Positions 50,394 to 64,000 of a stretch of DNA of 64,000 nucleotides are shown in pieces. Origin of the DNA: Chrysomallon squamiferum (lineage: Eukaryota; Animalia; Mollusca); contig CM022679.1 of the NCBI GenBank assembly GCA_012295275.1, forward strand, positions 22,568,001 through 22,632,000, written 5' to 3'. The translations under genes were made by a program, and so were the position numbers. Below the pieces are notes generated by a model. That model made no database searches. It was not told where the DNA came from and worked only from the letters and a program-made list of their open reading frames with translations. Positions within the stretch are counted from its first letter, which is position 1. Every line of letters starts with the position of its first letter.

Positions 50394-52562
50394 CTGAGCG
50401 TTTGTGTGTTTGTTTGTGTATATATATATATATATATATATATTTGTATATGTTTATATTATTACAGTTCTAAATTCAGAAATTCTGAGATATTTTATAA
50501 TTGATGTTTATGTGATTCTTTTTCGTAATTACTAGTAGATTGGTGGTAGTTTTAGTAGTAGCATCTTTGTTGTCGCTGTTTATATTAAAGGAAAGCCATT
50601 ATATTATACATTATCCGATAAAGGAATATTACAGTTTCTGACATTTCTCTTTGTTGTTCATTTTGTCCAAGACAAAATCATTCTTCGCCGCAAGACAGTA
50701 ATTCATGGTTGTTAGTGATTATTTAATTGAAAGATCCACCATATTTCCTTAACAGTTCTTTAGACAGCGTAAATCATACTAATTAAGTTCATTTTGTCTG
50801 CCTTACTAAAAAAAAAATAAGTTCGGATGTTAGAAAGAACCAAGAATCGGTATTCTTTTTTCGAGATAAATTTTAAAATTGTTGAATTATAAATTTGCAG
50901 TCTGTTCTAGAGGACGCTTTATGTGAAACACCAACAGAATAATAACGTCACTACTATGTTACAGTAATTTGACTATATCTGCATTTATTTATAAAAAGGA
51001 AAATATCGTCTTCGTGAAAGAAACTTTACAAATCTATGGTAGTCTTCAAAGAAACAAATTGATGAAACATTTTGAAACCTCATTCATATCTTTAAAGACT
51101 CGAATATCATACTTATTAAGAAAGAGAAACACCTGTTAGATGCAATATAATTTTAGATCACCAGTAATATTTGTTCAAACTTATTATTTACTGCATAGGT
51201 AGTCAAATGATAGTCACATTCTCTTCGTGGACTTTTCTTCACATTCCTTCTTCTTCCTCTCATTCAACTTTCCACGGCCTATTCATTTATCAGCAGTGAT
51301 GTCTAGCAAACAAATCTTAATGTCTTATTTCTTTCTACCTATATATTAAATCCGAGACTTACGTTCAATGATGACAAAGATGGTATTCGATATGAATATG
51401 CAAGCAGAATTTGTAATAATTGCCATAATTTTTAATCTATGAGACCATTAGTGTAACAACATAAATCCTACTCTATACGTTCATTGTTCTTGCTAACAAA
51501 AATGTTTTCTAATGTTAGAAATAACAAACAATATCGTAATTATTGTTCGACAAAAAGCTCGAAGTCGCTAAATTATCAATTTGGAATGGGTTCCATAGGA
51601 AGCTTTATAATTAAACACTCAAAGAACAATTTTACTGAAATATCCTGCATATGTCGTTATCAATTCTTTACAGAACATAAATAATCGTCGTCTCTGTTGT
51701 TGCTTATAACAAGTATTTCCTAATGTAAGAAATAACTAAAAATCGGAATTATTGTTCGACATAAAGCTTGAAGTCGTTAATTTATAAATTTGCACTGGCT
51801 TCGAGAGGAAGCTTTATAATCTAACACGAAAAGAATGATAACATCATTCCCAGTACAATAATTTAAATATTTCTGTATTTGAAATTAAATATAAAATAAG
51901 GTATTGGTAAAACAAACTTGACAAATCTATGCCATTCTTCAAAGAAAAGAAATTGATGAAATTTTAAAATCTCATTTAAAGAATGAAATATCTTACTTAT
52001 TAAGAAATTGAAATAGCCATGAGACTCAATGTAATTTCAGAGAAAAAGAAATCATTTTTTTAAATGTTATTACTTACTTCACCCTTACCCAAATTATAGT
52101 TGGATTCATTTAGTTGTGTTTTCTTAAACTTTCTTCTTCTTCCTCCTCTTGTTCTTTTCCCCCCGGGCTATTCATGCATTGCCAAGATTTCTATAAAAGT
52201 AATGTTCATTTCTATTTACTTCCTATCTATTTAGTAATAACGACACTTCAGTCCAGTAATGTCAAAGACATTCGATAAGACCATATTTATCTGAACATTT
52301 TAAAGATAAATTTAATAATCCACGAGTCCGTTAATGTAACAAACCTGAACATGCAATACGTAATAACAACATTTAAAAAAATTAACATGGTTTTCATGTA
52401 CTTATTTTATGTACTTAAAACAGATTCAAAAATATGTTGTTTCATTAAGATAATAAACCATTAATTACATTAAAAAATACATATAGCTATTTTAGGCTTC
52501 ACGAATCCACATGCTGAAGTGTTTTCTTAGTTTCAAATGATTCATTATCCTTGGTTTTCTAG

Positions 52563-52655
52563 ATATTTTAAAAGTTAAAATTGATGAAAATAATTTTGAT
52601 GAAGCACTGTCGTCTCCCCAAAAAGGAGCTACGGATGGGATTCCTCAAATACAAG
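52563..52655 (+). CDS. Array exon B7 (93 bp, phase 1-1)
   Basis: ag/gt intact; same peptide as B2. Confidence 0.75.
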
Positions 52656-52698
52656 GTAAAATTTATGACTAATAATTTCATTTAGATAATCAAATAAT

Positions 52699-52817
<119 letters not shown>

Positions 52818-54979
52818 CTGAGCGTTTGTGTGTTTGTTTGTGTATATATATATATATATATATATATTTGTATATGTTTATATTATTACAGTTCTAAATT
52901 CAGAAATTCTGAGATATTTTATAATTGATGTTTATGTGATTCTTTCGTAATTACTAGTAGATTGGTGGTAGTTTTAGTAGTAGCATCTTTGTTGTCGCTG
53001 TTTATATTAAAGGAAAGCCATTATATTATACATTATCCGATAAAGGAATATTACAGTTTCTGACATTTCTCTTTGTTGTTCATTTTGTCCAAGACAAAAT
53101 CATTCTTCGCCGCAAGACAGTAATTCATGGTTGTTAGTGATTATTTAATTGAAAGATCCACCATATTTCCTTAACAGTTCTTTAGACAGCGTAAATCATA
53201 CTAATTAAGTTCATTTTGTCTGCCTTACTAAAAAAAAAATAAGTTCGGATGTTAGAAAGAACCAAGAATCGGTATTCTTTTTTCGAGATAAATTTTAAAA
53301 TTGTTAAATTATAAATTTGCAGTCTGTTCTAGAGGACGCTTTATGTGAAACACCAACAGAATAATAACGTCACTACTATGTTACAGTAATTTGACTATAT
53401 CTGCATTTATTTATAAAAGGAAAATATCGTCTTCGTGAAAGAATCTTTACAAATCTATGGTAGTCTTCAAAGAAACAAATTGATGAAACATTTTGAAACC
53501 TCATTCATATCTTTAAAGACTCGAATATCATACTTATTAAGAAAGAGAAACACCTGTTAGATGCAATATAATTTTAGATCACCAGTAATATTTGTTCAAA
53601 CTTATTATTTACTGCATAGGTAGTCAAATGATAGTCACATTCTCTTCGTGGACTTTTCTTCACATTCCTTCTTCTTCCTCTCATTCAACTTTCCACGGCC
53701 TATTCATTTATCAGCAGTGATGTCTAGCAAACAAATCTTAATGTCTTATTTCTTTCTACCTATATATTAAATCCGAGACTTACGTTCAATGATGACAAAG
53801 ATGGTATTCGATATGAATATGCAAGCAGAATTTGTAATAATTGCCATAATTTTTAATCTATGAGACCATTAGTGTAACAACATAAATCCTACTCTATACG
53901 TTCATTGTTCTTGCTAACAAAAATGTTTTCTAATGTTAGAAATAACAAACAATATCGTAATTATTGTTCGACAAAAGCTCGAAGTCGCTAAATTATCAAT
54001 TTGGAATGGGTTCCATAGGAAGCTTTATAATTAAACACTCAAAGAACAATTTTACTGAAATATCCTGCATATGTCGTTATCAATTCTTTACAGAACATAA
54101 ATAATCGTCGTCTCTGTTGTTGCTTATAACAAGTATTTCCTAATGTAAGAAATAACTAAAAATCGGAATTATTGTTCGACATAAAGCTTGAAGTCGTTAA
54201 TTTATAAATTTGCACTGGCTTCGAGAGGAAGCTTTATAATCTAACACGAAAAGAATGATAACATCATTCCCAGTACAATAATTTAAATATTTCTGTATTT
54301 GAAATTAAATATAAAATAAGGTATTGGTAAAACAAACTTGACAAATCTATGCCATTCTTCAAAGAAAAGAAATTGATGAAATTTTAAAATCTCATTTAAA
54401 GAATGAAATATCTTACTTATTAAGAAATTGAAATAGCCATGAGACTCAATGTAATTTCAGAGAAAAAGAAATCATTTTTTTAAATGTTATTACTTACTTC
54501 ACCCTTACCCAAATTATAGTTGGATTCATTTAGTTGTGTTTTCTTAAACTTTCTTCTTCTTCCTCCTCTTGTTCTTTTCCCCCGGGCTATTCATGCATTG
54601 CCAAGATTTCTATAAAAGTAATGTTCATTTCTATTTACTTCCTATCTATTTAGTAATAACGACACTTCAGTCCAGTAATGTCAAAGACATTCGATAAGAC
54701 CATATTTATCTGAACATTTTAAAGATAAATTTAATAATCCACGAGTCCGTTAATGTAACAAACCTGACCAAGCAATACGTAATAACAACATTTAAAAAAA
54801 TTAACATGGTTTTCATGTACTTATTTTATGTACTTAAAACAGATTCAATAATATGTTGTTTCATTAAGATAATAAACCATTAATTACATTAAAATACATA
54901 TAGCTATTTTAGGCTTCACGAATCCACATGCTGAAGTGTTTTCTTAGTTTCAAATGATTCATTATCCTTGGTTTTCTAG

Positions 54980-55072
54980 ATATTTTAAAAGTGAAAATTG
55001 ATGAAAATAATTTTGATGAAGCACTGTCGTCTCCCCAAAAAGGAGCTACGGATGGGATTCCTCAAAAACAAG
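54980..55072 (+). CDS. Array exon B8 (93 bp, phase 1-1), variant
   Basis: ag/gt intact; GTT>GTG is silent and ATA>AAA gives ...GIPQKQ. Confidence 0.75.
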
Positions 55073-55115
55073 GTAAAATTTATGACTAATAATTTCATTT
55101 AGATAATCAAATAAT

Positions 55116-55242
<127 letters not shown>

Positions 55243-57409
55243 CTGAGCGTTTGTGTGTTTGTTTGTGTATATATATATATATATATATATATTTGTATAT
55301 GTTTATATTATTACAGTTCTAAATTCAGAAATTCTGAGATATTTTATAATTGATGTTTATGTGATTCTTTCGTAATTACTAGTAGATTGGTGGTAGTTTT
55401 AGTAGTAGCATCTTTGTTGTCGCTGTTTATATTAAAGGAAAGCCATTATATTATACATTATCCGATAAAGGAATATTACAGTTTCTGACATTTCTCTTTG
55501 TTGTTCATTTTGTCCAAGACAAAATCATTCTTCGCCGCAAGACAGTAATTCATGGTTGTTAGTGATTATTTAATTGAAAGATCCACCATATTTCCTTAAC
55601 AGTTCTTTAGACAGCGTAAATCATACTAATTAAGTTCATTTTGTCTGCCTTACTAAAAAAAAAATAAGTTCGGATGTTAGAAAGAACCAAGAATCGGTAT
55701 TCTTTTTTCGAGATAAATTTTAAAATTGTTAAATTATAAATTTGCAGTCTGTTCTAGAGGACGCTTTATGTGAAACACCAACAGAATAATAACGTCACTA
55801 CTATGTTACAGTAATTTGACTATATCTGCATTTATTTATAAAAGGAAAATATCGTCTTCGTGAAAGAATCTTTACAAATCTATGGTAGTCTTCAAAGAAA
55901 CAAATTGATGAAACATTTTGAAACCTCATTCATATCTTTAAAGACTCGAATATCATACTTATTAAGAAAGAGAAACACCTGTTAGATGCAATATAATTTT
56001 AGATCACCAGTAATATTTGTTCAAACTTATTATTTACTGCATAGGTAGTCAAATGATAGTCACATTCTCTTCGTGGACTTTTCTTCACATTCCTTCTTCT
56101 TCCTCTCATTCATCTTTCCACGGCCTATTCATTTATCAGCAGTGATGTCTAGCAAACAAATCTTAATGTCTTATTTCTTTCTACCTATATATTAAATCCG
56201 AGACTTACGTTCAATGATGACAAAGATGGTATTCGATATGAATATGCAAGCAGAATTTGTAATAATTGCCATAATTTTTAATCTATGAGACCATTAGTGT
56301 AACAACATAAATCCTACTCTATACGTTCATTGTTCTTGCTAACAAAAAATGTTTTCTAATGTTAGAAATAACAAACAATATCGTAATTATTGTTCGACAA
56401 AAAGCTCGAAGTCGCTAAATTATCAATTTGCAATGGGTTCCATAGGAAGCTTTATAATTAAACACACAAAGAACAATTTTACTGAAATATCCAGCATATG
56501 TCGTTATCAATTCTTTACAGAACATAAATAATCGTCGTCTCTGTTGTTGCTTATAACAAGTATTTCCTAATGTAAGAAATAACTAAAAATCGGAATTATT
56601 GTTCGACATAAAGCTTGAAGTCGTTAATTTATAAATTTGCACTGGCTTCGAGAGGAAGCTTTATAATCTAACACGAAAAGAATGATAACATCATTCCCAG
56701 TACAATAATTTAAATATTTCTGTATTTGAAATTAAATATAAAATAAGGTATTGGTAAAACAAACTTGACAAATCTATGCCTTTCTTCAAAGAAAAGAAAT
56801 TGATGAAATTTTAAAATCTCCTTTAAAGAATGAAATATCTTACTTATTAAGAAATTGAAATAGCCATGAGACTCAATGTAATTTCAGAGAACAAGAAATC
56901 ATTTTTTTAAATGTTATTACTTACTTCACCCTTACCCAAATTATAGTTGGATTCATTTAGTTGTGTTTTCTTAAACTTTCTTCTTCTTCCTCCTCTTGTT
57001 CTTTTCCCCCGGGCTATTCATGCATTGCCAAGATTTCTATAAAAGTAATGTTCATTTCTATTTACTTTCTATCTATTTAGTAATAACGACACTTCAGTCC
57101 AGTAATGTCAAAGACGTTATTCGATAAGACCATATTTATCTGAACATTTTAAAAATAAATTTAATAATCCACGAGTCCGTTAATGTAACAAACCTGAATA
57201 TGCAATACGTAATAACAACATTTAAAAAAATTAACATGGTTTTCATGTACTTATTTTATGTACTTAAAACAGATTCAATAATATGTTGTTTCATTAAGAT
57301 AATAAACCATTAATTACATTAAAATACATATAGCTATTTTAGGCTTCACGAATCCACATGCTGAAGTGTTTTCTTAGTTTCAAATGATTCATTATCCTTG
57401 GTTTTCTAG

Positions 57410-57502
57410 ATATTTTAAAAGTTAAAATTGATGAAAATAATTTTGATGAAGCACTGTCGTCTCCCCAAAAAGGAGCTACGGATGGGATTCCTCAAATACA
57501 AG
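57410..57502 (+). CDS. Array exon B9 (93 bp, phase 1-1)
   Basis: ag/gt intact; same peptide as B2. Confidence 0.75.
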
Positions 57503-57545
57503 GTAAAATTTATGACTAATAATTTCATTTAGATAATCAAATAAT

Positions 57546-57639
<94 letters not shown>

Positions 57640-57909
57640 TCTTTTTCTGAGCGTTTGTGTGTTTGTTTGTGTGGTAGTTTTAGTAATGTAACAAACCTGA
57701 ATATGCAATACGTAATAACAACATTTAAGAAAATTAAAAAGGAGTTGAGCTATTTGTTGTATATATTATAGCTCTCTCAATAATAACTTGTTTCATTAAG
57801 ATAATAAACTACTGATTATTTTAAACACATATATGGGTTTCAGACTTAATTATTCAATAACTTGAAATGTTTTCTCTGTTTCAAATGATTCTTTATTCTT
57901 GATTTGCAG

Positions 57910-57999
57910 AAAAATGGTACTTTAAATATATGAAAGAATGTTTAATTTGTGATCAAGATGATAAAGGAAGGATTCATCTTACTCAATCCTCAGTTTTTG
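57910..57999 (+). CDS. Cassette exon C (90 bp, phase 1-1)
   Basis: gatttgcag|AA AAA TGG...GTT TTT G|gtttgt; EKWYFKYMKECLICDQDDKGRIHLTQSSVF. The upstream intron is homologous to that of the A exons. Confidence 0.7.
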
Positions 58000-58023
58000 G
58001 TTTGTATTATAACTCTTTTAATG

Positions 58024-58155
<132 letters not shown>

Positions 58156-58458
58156 CGCAGTGATTATATCAGTCTATAAGTATATCTAGATATCTGCATC
58201 TATCTATCTATTTATATATCTATATATGTCTGTGTTTATTTATTAGAATTACATTAAGTTTTATGTTGACACGTGTTCTAAAATAGTTTCTGTTTTATAA
58301 TTAATTTGTTAGCATTATTTTTTGTAGCAGTTCTAGTATTTGTGGTAGTTGGAGTACAAGTATCTTTGTTATCTTTATTTATATTAAAACAATGCTGTTA
58401 TATTAAATCTCTTTTAATAATTACTTACTGAATCTCTGTCTCTGTCTGTCTCTCTCTC

Positions 58459-58553
<95 letters not shown>

Positions 58554-58800
58554 TTGACTATGTTTATTTCAATATATGTATCTAAATAAGTATATAGGAA
58601 TGTGTGTGTGTATATATATATGTATATGTATATATACCTATATATATATTTGTATATATATATTTGTGTATTTGTATGAAATTTATTCTATTTGCAAAAT
58701 GTGATATTTCAGCAGAGATATTCCGAAACAAATTTGAAATTTATCATGTTAAGCTGTATATGTTAGTAGTAATGTTCTGTATTTTATATTGTTATTTCAG

Positions 58801-58863
58801 ATGTCTTTTTCGTAAATGACAACGTTTCCTGTGAGGTTGATGCAATTTCAGAAAACCTTTATG
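58801..58863 (+). CDS. Phase 1-1 exon (63 bp)
   Basis: tatttcag|...|gtatgt; DVFFVNDNVSCEVDAISENLY. Confidence 0.75.
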
Positions 58864-59006
58864 GTATGTATTTGTACCTCAAATAATAATATTGATTGAT
58901 AATAAAAAAAGTAATTTACCTATTTTCCGCATTTTTATTTTGTCAAAATTGTTTTTATTGTTAGTATCATTAGAAACCCATTTTCAAAATGTTCAGGTGA
59001 TTTTAA

Positions 59007-59046
<40 letters not shown>

Positions 59047-59128
59047 TCTGAGTCTGCATATATTATATTATACTACTGAATTTTTTGCATGGAGGTTCTT
59101 TTTCAAACATTTTCCATTTTTATTTTAG

Positions 59129-59179
59129 ATAACGTTGCGAAAGTTATATTGCCCTCCGGTATTACAAAGGAAGTATTTC
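59129..59179 (+). CDS. Phase 1-1 exon (51 bp)
   Basis: tattttag|...|gtaggt; DNVAKVILPSGITKEVF. Confidence 0.7.
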
Positions 59180-59230
59180 GTAGGTCATTTATTCTACTTT
59201 GTTGGTTTTACTATTATTGTATTTTTAAAA

Positions 59231-59346
<116 letters not shown>

Positions 59347-59608
59347 TTAATCGTTCTGTTATTATTATCTTCAACTTTCTTTCAGTAATAACATTAATAA
59401 TAATTATATCATTCATACGTATTTAGATATATAGACGTAGAAATAGATATAGATATAGATATAAAATATTTTATTAGTCGTGTCTGCAATAGTATTTTTA
59501 TATATTATTTCCATCTGTTTAAAATAAATAAGTACATAAATAAAAAATAAAATAAAAATGTTACTGACTAAAGCTAAACTAGGAAACCTTTTGTACATTG
59601 TTTTTCAG

Positions 59609-59695
59609 AAAGGTTTTCTAGAAACACTACATGTATCCAGGGCGATATTAGCCAAAGTAATGTTTCGGTTAACAACAGGCATCGAGTTCTAAACT
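59609..59695 (+). CDS. Phase 1-1 exon (87 bp)
   Basis: tttttcag|...|gtaagt; QRFSRNTTCIQGDISQSNVSVNNRHRVLN. Confidence 0.8.
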
Positions 59696-60328
59696 GTAAG
59701 TATTATTTTAAATTTACATTTCCTCCATAATTCATTTTGTTAATGAATCTTGAGATAAAAGATTTAGTCTTATTGCGTCCGATCAATGTTTGGTTTGAAT
59801 GAAGCTTAATCTTTCAAATCATGCAATTTTCTGAATACATCTGAAGAGTTTTATCACTAAAGGCCATAAACACCAAAATCTAAAAACGAACAGAGTTACA
59901 GCCAAAACAAATATTAACAATAGATAGACGAATATTGTTGCTTTCAACGTTTTTGCTTAAAAAGCAGTCACTGACACTAAGAAATGAAAAATTAAGATAT
60001 TTATTTAACATTAAGAAAATAATAATAATAATTTAAAAAACAAAAGAAAAGAACAATCAATAGGCAAGTTCATGAACATAAAGAACCTGAATATGCATTA
60101 CATTAGTATAGTGCGGGTTTAAAGAGGTAGTTGTCCTGGGCGCAAAATTCTCAGACTCATGTCTGGACTGGTGGAAGAGATTTGGTGAGAGTAAATTCGA
60201 TGGGCTAAGGCAGCAATACTAGAACTGTCCCTGGCGCTGGCTGCCAAAACTCTCCGCCGTTCTGGTGTTTATAAACTGTTTTGTTGTTTTCTTTTCCGTT
60301 CAAATGATCATTTCATGTTGTTTTTCAG

Positions 60329-60385
60329 TTATTTTTATGAGAATTAAATGTGAAGATTTGACTGGAGTACCAGGAGAACTACAAG
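60329..60385 (+). CDS. Phase 1-1 exon (57 bp)
   Basis: tttttcag|...|gtatca; FIFMRIKCEDLTGVPGELQ. Confidence 0.75.
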
Positions 60386-60625
60386 GTATCAGATTTTATT
60401 TTAAGGAAATAAATTGCTGTTGGAAAATAAATATTTAATTTAAAAAAATTAGTATCTGTAACGCTTGAAAGTTATTTGTCCGTCTATTTTATAGATTTTA
60501 TTTAAATAACCTATATTATAAAACAAACATTTAAATATAAAAAATGGCTGTTTGGAAGTCCAGAAAATAATTTGTTTACTATATTATTTCAATTTTTTAT
60601 AAATAACCTTATTAATTATTTTCAG

Positions 60626-60727
60626 GTTTTTTGCCAGAAAGTAATGGTTCTGAAAATTCAGTTTTTGCTGGGAAGAATATTGACAAATCTACAATTATTA
60701 TTAAAACTAAAAAAAGTGTTAAAACAT
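60626..60727 (+). CDS. Phase 1-1 exon (102 bp)
   Basis: attttcag|...|gtaagg; GFLPESNGSENSVFAGKNIDKSTIIIKTKKSVKT. Confidence 0.8.
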
Positions 60728-61137
60728 GTAAGGGAATTTTACTGATAATTTTCAACTACCAAATATGTTTGTTTTGTTGTTTGTTTGTTTTAGGTGTTTT
60801 TTCTTTTTTTTTTTTTTTTTCTTTTTTTTTTCTTTTTTAATTCGATTGAAAATTGAACAGAAAAACGTTTGTGTCTAGATCTATCACTCCACATACACAC
60901 ACACACACGTACCAACAGGCACACACACACACACACACACATACAGAAGGACATAGACACACATTCTAAATAAGTAGATACATCGGTAAGCCTATGTTAT
61001 ATTTATTATTATGAAAGTGTTGTACAAAGTGAAGCCTGTTTTATTAAAATTAGATTTTCCAGATATATATTCTAAAACATATTTGAAATGATGCCTGTTA
61101 AGCTGTGATGATAATGATAATAATTTGCTGATTTCAG

Positions 61138-61188
61138 GTGTCTGTTGCCATGAAGATATTCGAGAAAAAATTAAAGGAATCATGGCTA
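61138..61188 (+). CDS. Phase 1-1 exon (51 bp)
   Basis: gatttcag|...|gtgagt; CVCCHEDIREKIKGIMA. Confidence 0.8.
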
Positions 61189-61358
61189 GTGAGTAAATCA
61201 ACTACATCAAAATATATGTCATATCCTTCCAGTTTTGGTTTGTAAACTTACTGTTGAATAATTTTATAGTTCATAATTTTGTAATGTGTAAATAAAGCTA
61301 AACAAAAATGTGTAATTTGATACTAATAAAAAAAGTTATTAATCTGTATTTTTTTAAA

Positions 61359-61430
<72 letters not shown>

Positions 61431-61439
61431 CAATAATAA

Positions 61440-61478
<39 letters not shown>

Positions 61479-61863
61479 ATATAAAAATCATAAGACATTA
61501 ATCTTATTATTATAAACTGATATTAGTAGCATGCTAGGATAAAAACATCGAGTTAAGTCAATGAAAATAAAACCATAATGTGTTTCTGTATATCACCATA
61601 TTTTGTGCAACACAAATGTAATTTATATAAGCTACATTGTAAAGGAATAAATCTCCTTTACAATGTATTTATTTTTTGTACGCAAAAATAAAAAAATAAA
61701 AATAAAATGACATAATATATCATGAAAATATGTTATCTGCGTTCATTTTTAATGCATTACATTCTTTTACATTTATTAGATAACCTATTCTTAATCTTAT
61801 ACTTACTTTAGACGTAATAAAATATTTATTTTTAATTTCATATTTACAATTTGTGTCATACAG

Positions 61864-61950
61864 ATGATGATGAAGCACTGATCTCAGACCTATTTAAAGA
61901 TCACAGAATTGCTAAATGTATAGAGCTTTACAGAGGTCGACATCATTCAG
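61864..61950 (+). CDS. Phase 1-1 exon (87 bp)
   Basis: tcatacag|...|gtattt; NDDEALISDLFKDHRIAKCIELYRGRHHS. Confidence 0.75.
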
Positions 61951-62069
61951 GTATTTTTCCCCCACTCAGTTTATTATCTTTCTGTAAAGTTTTCATTCAT
62001 ATTCTGAAACATATCTGAAATGATGCCTATTAAGCTGTGATGTTAATGATAATTATTGGCTCATTTCAG

Positions 62070-62141
62070 ATTTGTCTTGTGTTGAAGATACGCAAGGGAA
62101 CCCAGCCGAGAAATTGTTGAAAATTACAGAAACATTGTCTA
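62070..62141 (+). CDS. Phase 1-1 exon (72 bp)
   Basis: catttcag|...|gtgagt; DLSCVEDTQGNPAEKLLKITETLS. Confidence 0.8.
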
Positions 62142-62508
62142 GTGAGTATATCAACTACATCAAAATATATCGCTTATATCTTTCCAATTTTGGTTGGAAA
62201 CTTAAAGAGTAATTTTATATTTCATAATTTTGCAATGTTAAAATAAAAGGTGGAAACAAATCTGTAATACAAAAAAAAATGTTTTATCTGCATTTCTTTT
62301 AAAAAGAAATAATCCTAAAAAAAAAAAAAAAAAAAATAGAAAAAAATAAATAAATGAATATAAAAATATAATCAATAATCTGTCACTTCAGTTTGTTATA
62401 TTTAGGATTATTTTACAAAGACAGATTATGGTAGAGACCATGTTTTTGTATAAAAAGACTGAAGATGGAATTATAACTCACAGAATTTCAGTTTGAAGAA
62501 AATATCTG

Positions 62509-62740
<232 letters not shown>

Positions 62741-62866
62741 ATTAACACAGAAGATAATACTATTGCATTTCAAAGTAAGTAATATTTAAAGGTTTAGGAA
62801 GATGGTATTTAACACAAGGACAGGTTATAAGTGTTACTAAATTTAAATTATTTTCTATTATTACAG

Positions 62867-62944
62867 CATCATCGACAAGCTATTTTGATAATTCTCTATG
62901 TGAAAGAAGTGAAAACATTAGTAACCAAAGTTTTGACTGCAACG
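62867..62944 (+). CDS. Phase 1-1 exon (78 bp)
   Basis: tattacag|...|gtaaat; TSSTSYFDNSLCERSENISNQSFDCN. Confidence 0.8.
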
Positions 62945-62989
62945 GTAAATTTATATTTAGTAATATAAATTTAGATTGTAAATAACTTG

Positions 62990-63535
62990 GTGCTTAGTAA
63001 TAGGAGTTTAGTCTATACTAGTGACTTCCCGTTAGTATAAGATATTTAGACTATAGCAATGACTTCGTGTTTAATAATGGAATTTTAGTATATAGCAATA
63101 ACTTCCTGTTATTAATAGAAATTTCGAGTATAGCAATAAGTTCGTGTTACATATAACAAAGACTTCGTGTTTACTGTAACAGTTTAGACTACAGCAATGG
63201 CTTCGTGTTTAGTAATGATTTATTGACTAGACTATAGCAAAGACTTCGTTTTCAGTTTATATTTACTAAGAGACATTTAGATTATAGGAGCAATTCCATT
63301 TGTAGTAATACAGGTTAGACAATAGCAAGGACTCCGAATTTGTGTAAAAGCTTAGACTAGCAGTAACGTCGTGTTTAGTAAAGAGGTTTAGACTCTTACA
63401 GGAGGCCCATGTTTAGTCAAATGTTTTATACTCCTGCATGATATTCATGTTTTGTAAAATACGTTTAGACTAAATCAGTGATTTCATGTTTAGTAATGAA
63501 AATTTAGACTATGACTTTAAGTTCATGTTTTAATA
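62990..63535 (+). repeat. Diverged intronic minisatellite, ~36-38 bp unit, about 14 copies
   Basis: Recurring ttagactatagcaatgacttcgtgtttagtaat-like motif. Confidence 0.8.
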
Positions 63536-63763
63536 TTAAATATGTAACATATCAGATTTATTAGATGAATAATATTTGAAGAACATATTTTAATTAGAAA
63601 TCAAGTCTCTGAAAATTCCAGTTAGTAATATGTGATTTGTTCGTTATTGGTATTTTCTGATTTTGTTCATTCCTCCTAACTCTACATAAGGAAACAAGTA
63701 ACCAGTCTTTAATCTGATCTCTACTAAAGGTTTCACTAGTTGTGTTGCTTTATTTATTCCCAG

Positions 63764-63832
63764 TGTTCTCCTATGATTTATGCGTAGCCGACAAGCAGTT
63801 GGATGAACGAGCTGTCAGTGTCATTAATAACA
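63764..63832 (+). CDS. Phase 1-1 exon (69 bp); the gene continues beyond the window
   Basis: attcccag|...|gtgagt; VFSYDLCVADKQLDERAVSVINN. Confidence 0.8.
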
Positions 63833-64000
63833 GTGAGTATGTTTTCTTCTTTTCTGTTTTTTCTCAAATACTTTTGTTTTTGCTGTTTTTAAAAAAATAA
63901 AATAAAAATAAAAACATTAAGTATCTTCCAAACGTCTGACATGTATAGTTTGATGTCAGAGAAAGGTGTGAAAATGTAGATTTGATTTGTGAGCATACTG

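Noticed and set aside
62392-62495. Possible extra exon between 62141 and 62867
   Set aside because: The phase-1 readings hit stops and no matching donor was found.
62990-63535. CRISPR-like array of ~37 bp periodicity
   Set aside because: Eukaryotic intron, degenerate head-to-tail units without unique spacers, and no cas genes. It is an ordinary minisatellite.

Overview
This is AT-rich, microsatellite-rich animal genomic DNA, probably from an invertebrate; the taxon cannot be fixed from the sequence. Almost all ORFs in the supplied track are microsatellite noise, and the real genes are spliced. Left part: a minus-strand CARD (death-fold) gene with an intact two-exon CARD and decaying 3' exons lies head-to-head with a frameshifted AID/APOBEC-like zinc deaminase (HAE...NYSPCxxC, 11845-12415). 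It is followed by a ~10.6 kb imperfect inverted repeat around a MULE transposase remnant, a Tigger fragment, a hAT-type MITE and local tandem repeats. Right part (about 30.8 kb to the window end): a plus-strand gene built almost entirely of short (51-102 bp), frame-preserving phase-1/phase-1 exons. Thirteen of these exons sit in duplicated intron-exon cassettes, including a 21.7 kb array of nine ~2.4 kb units that each hide one 93-bp exon. In one cassette family the exons differ almost only by amino-acid-changing substitutions while the flanking intron is essentially identical. This points to a rapidly diversifying modular gene inside an innate-immune-like locus. All exon calls are manual splice-site and frame predictions without transcript evidence.
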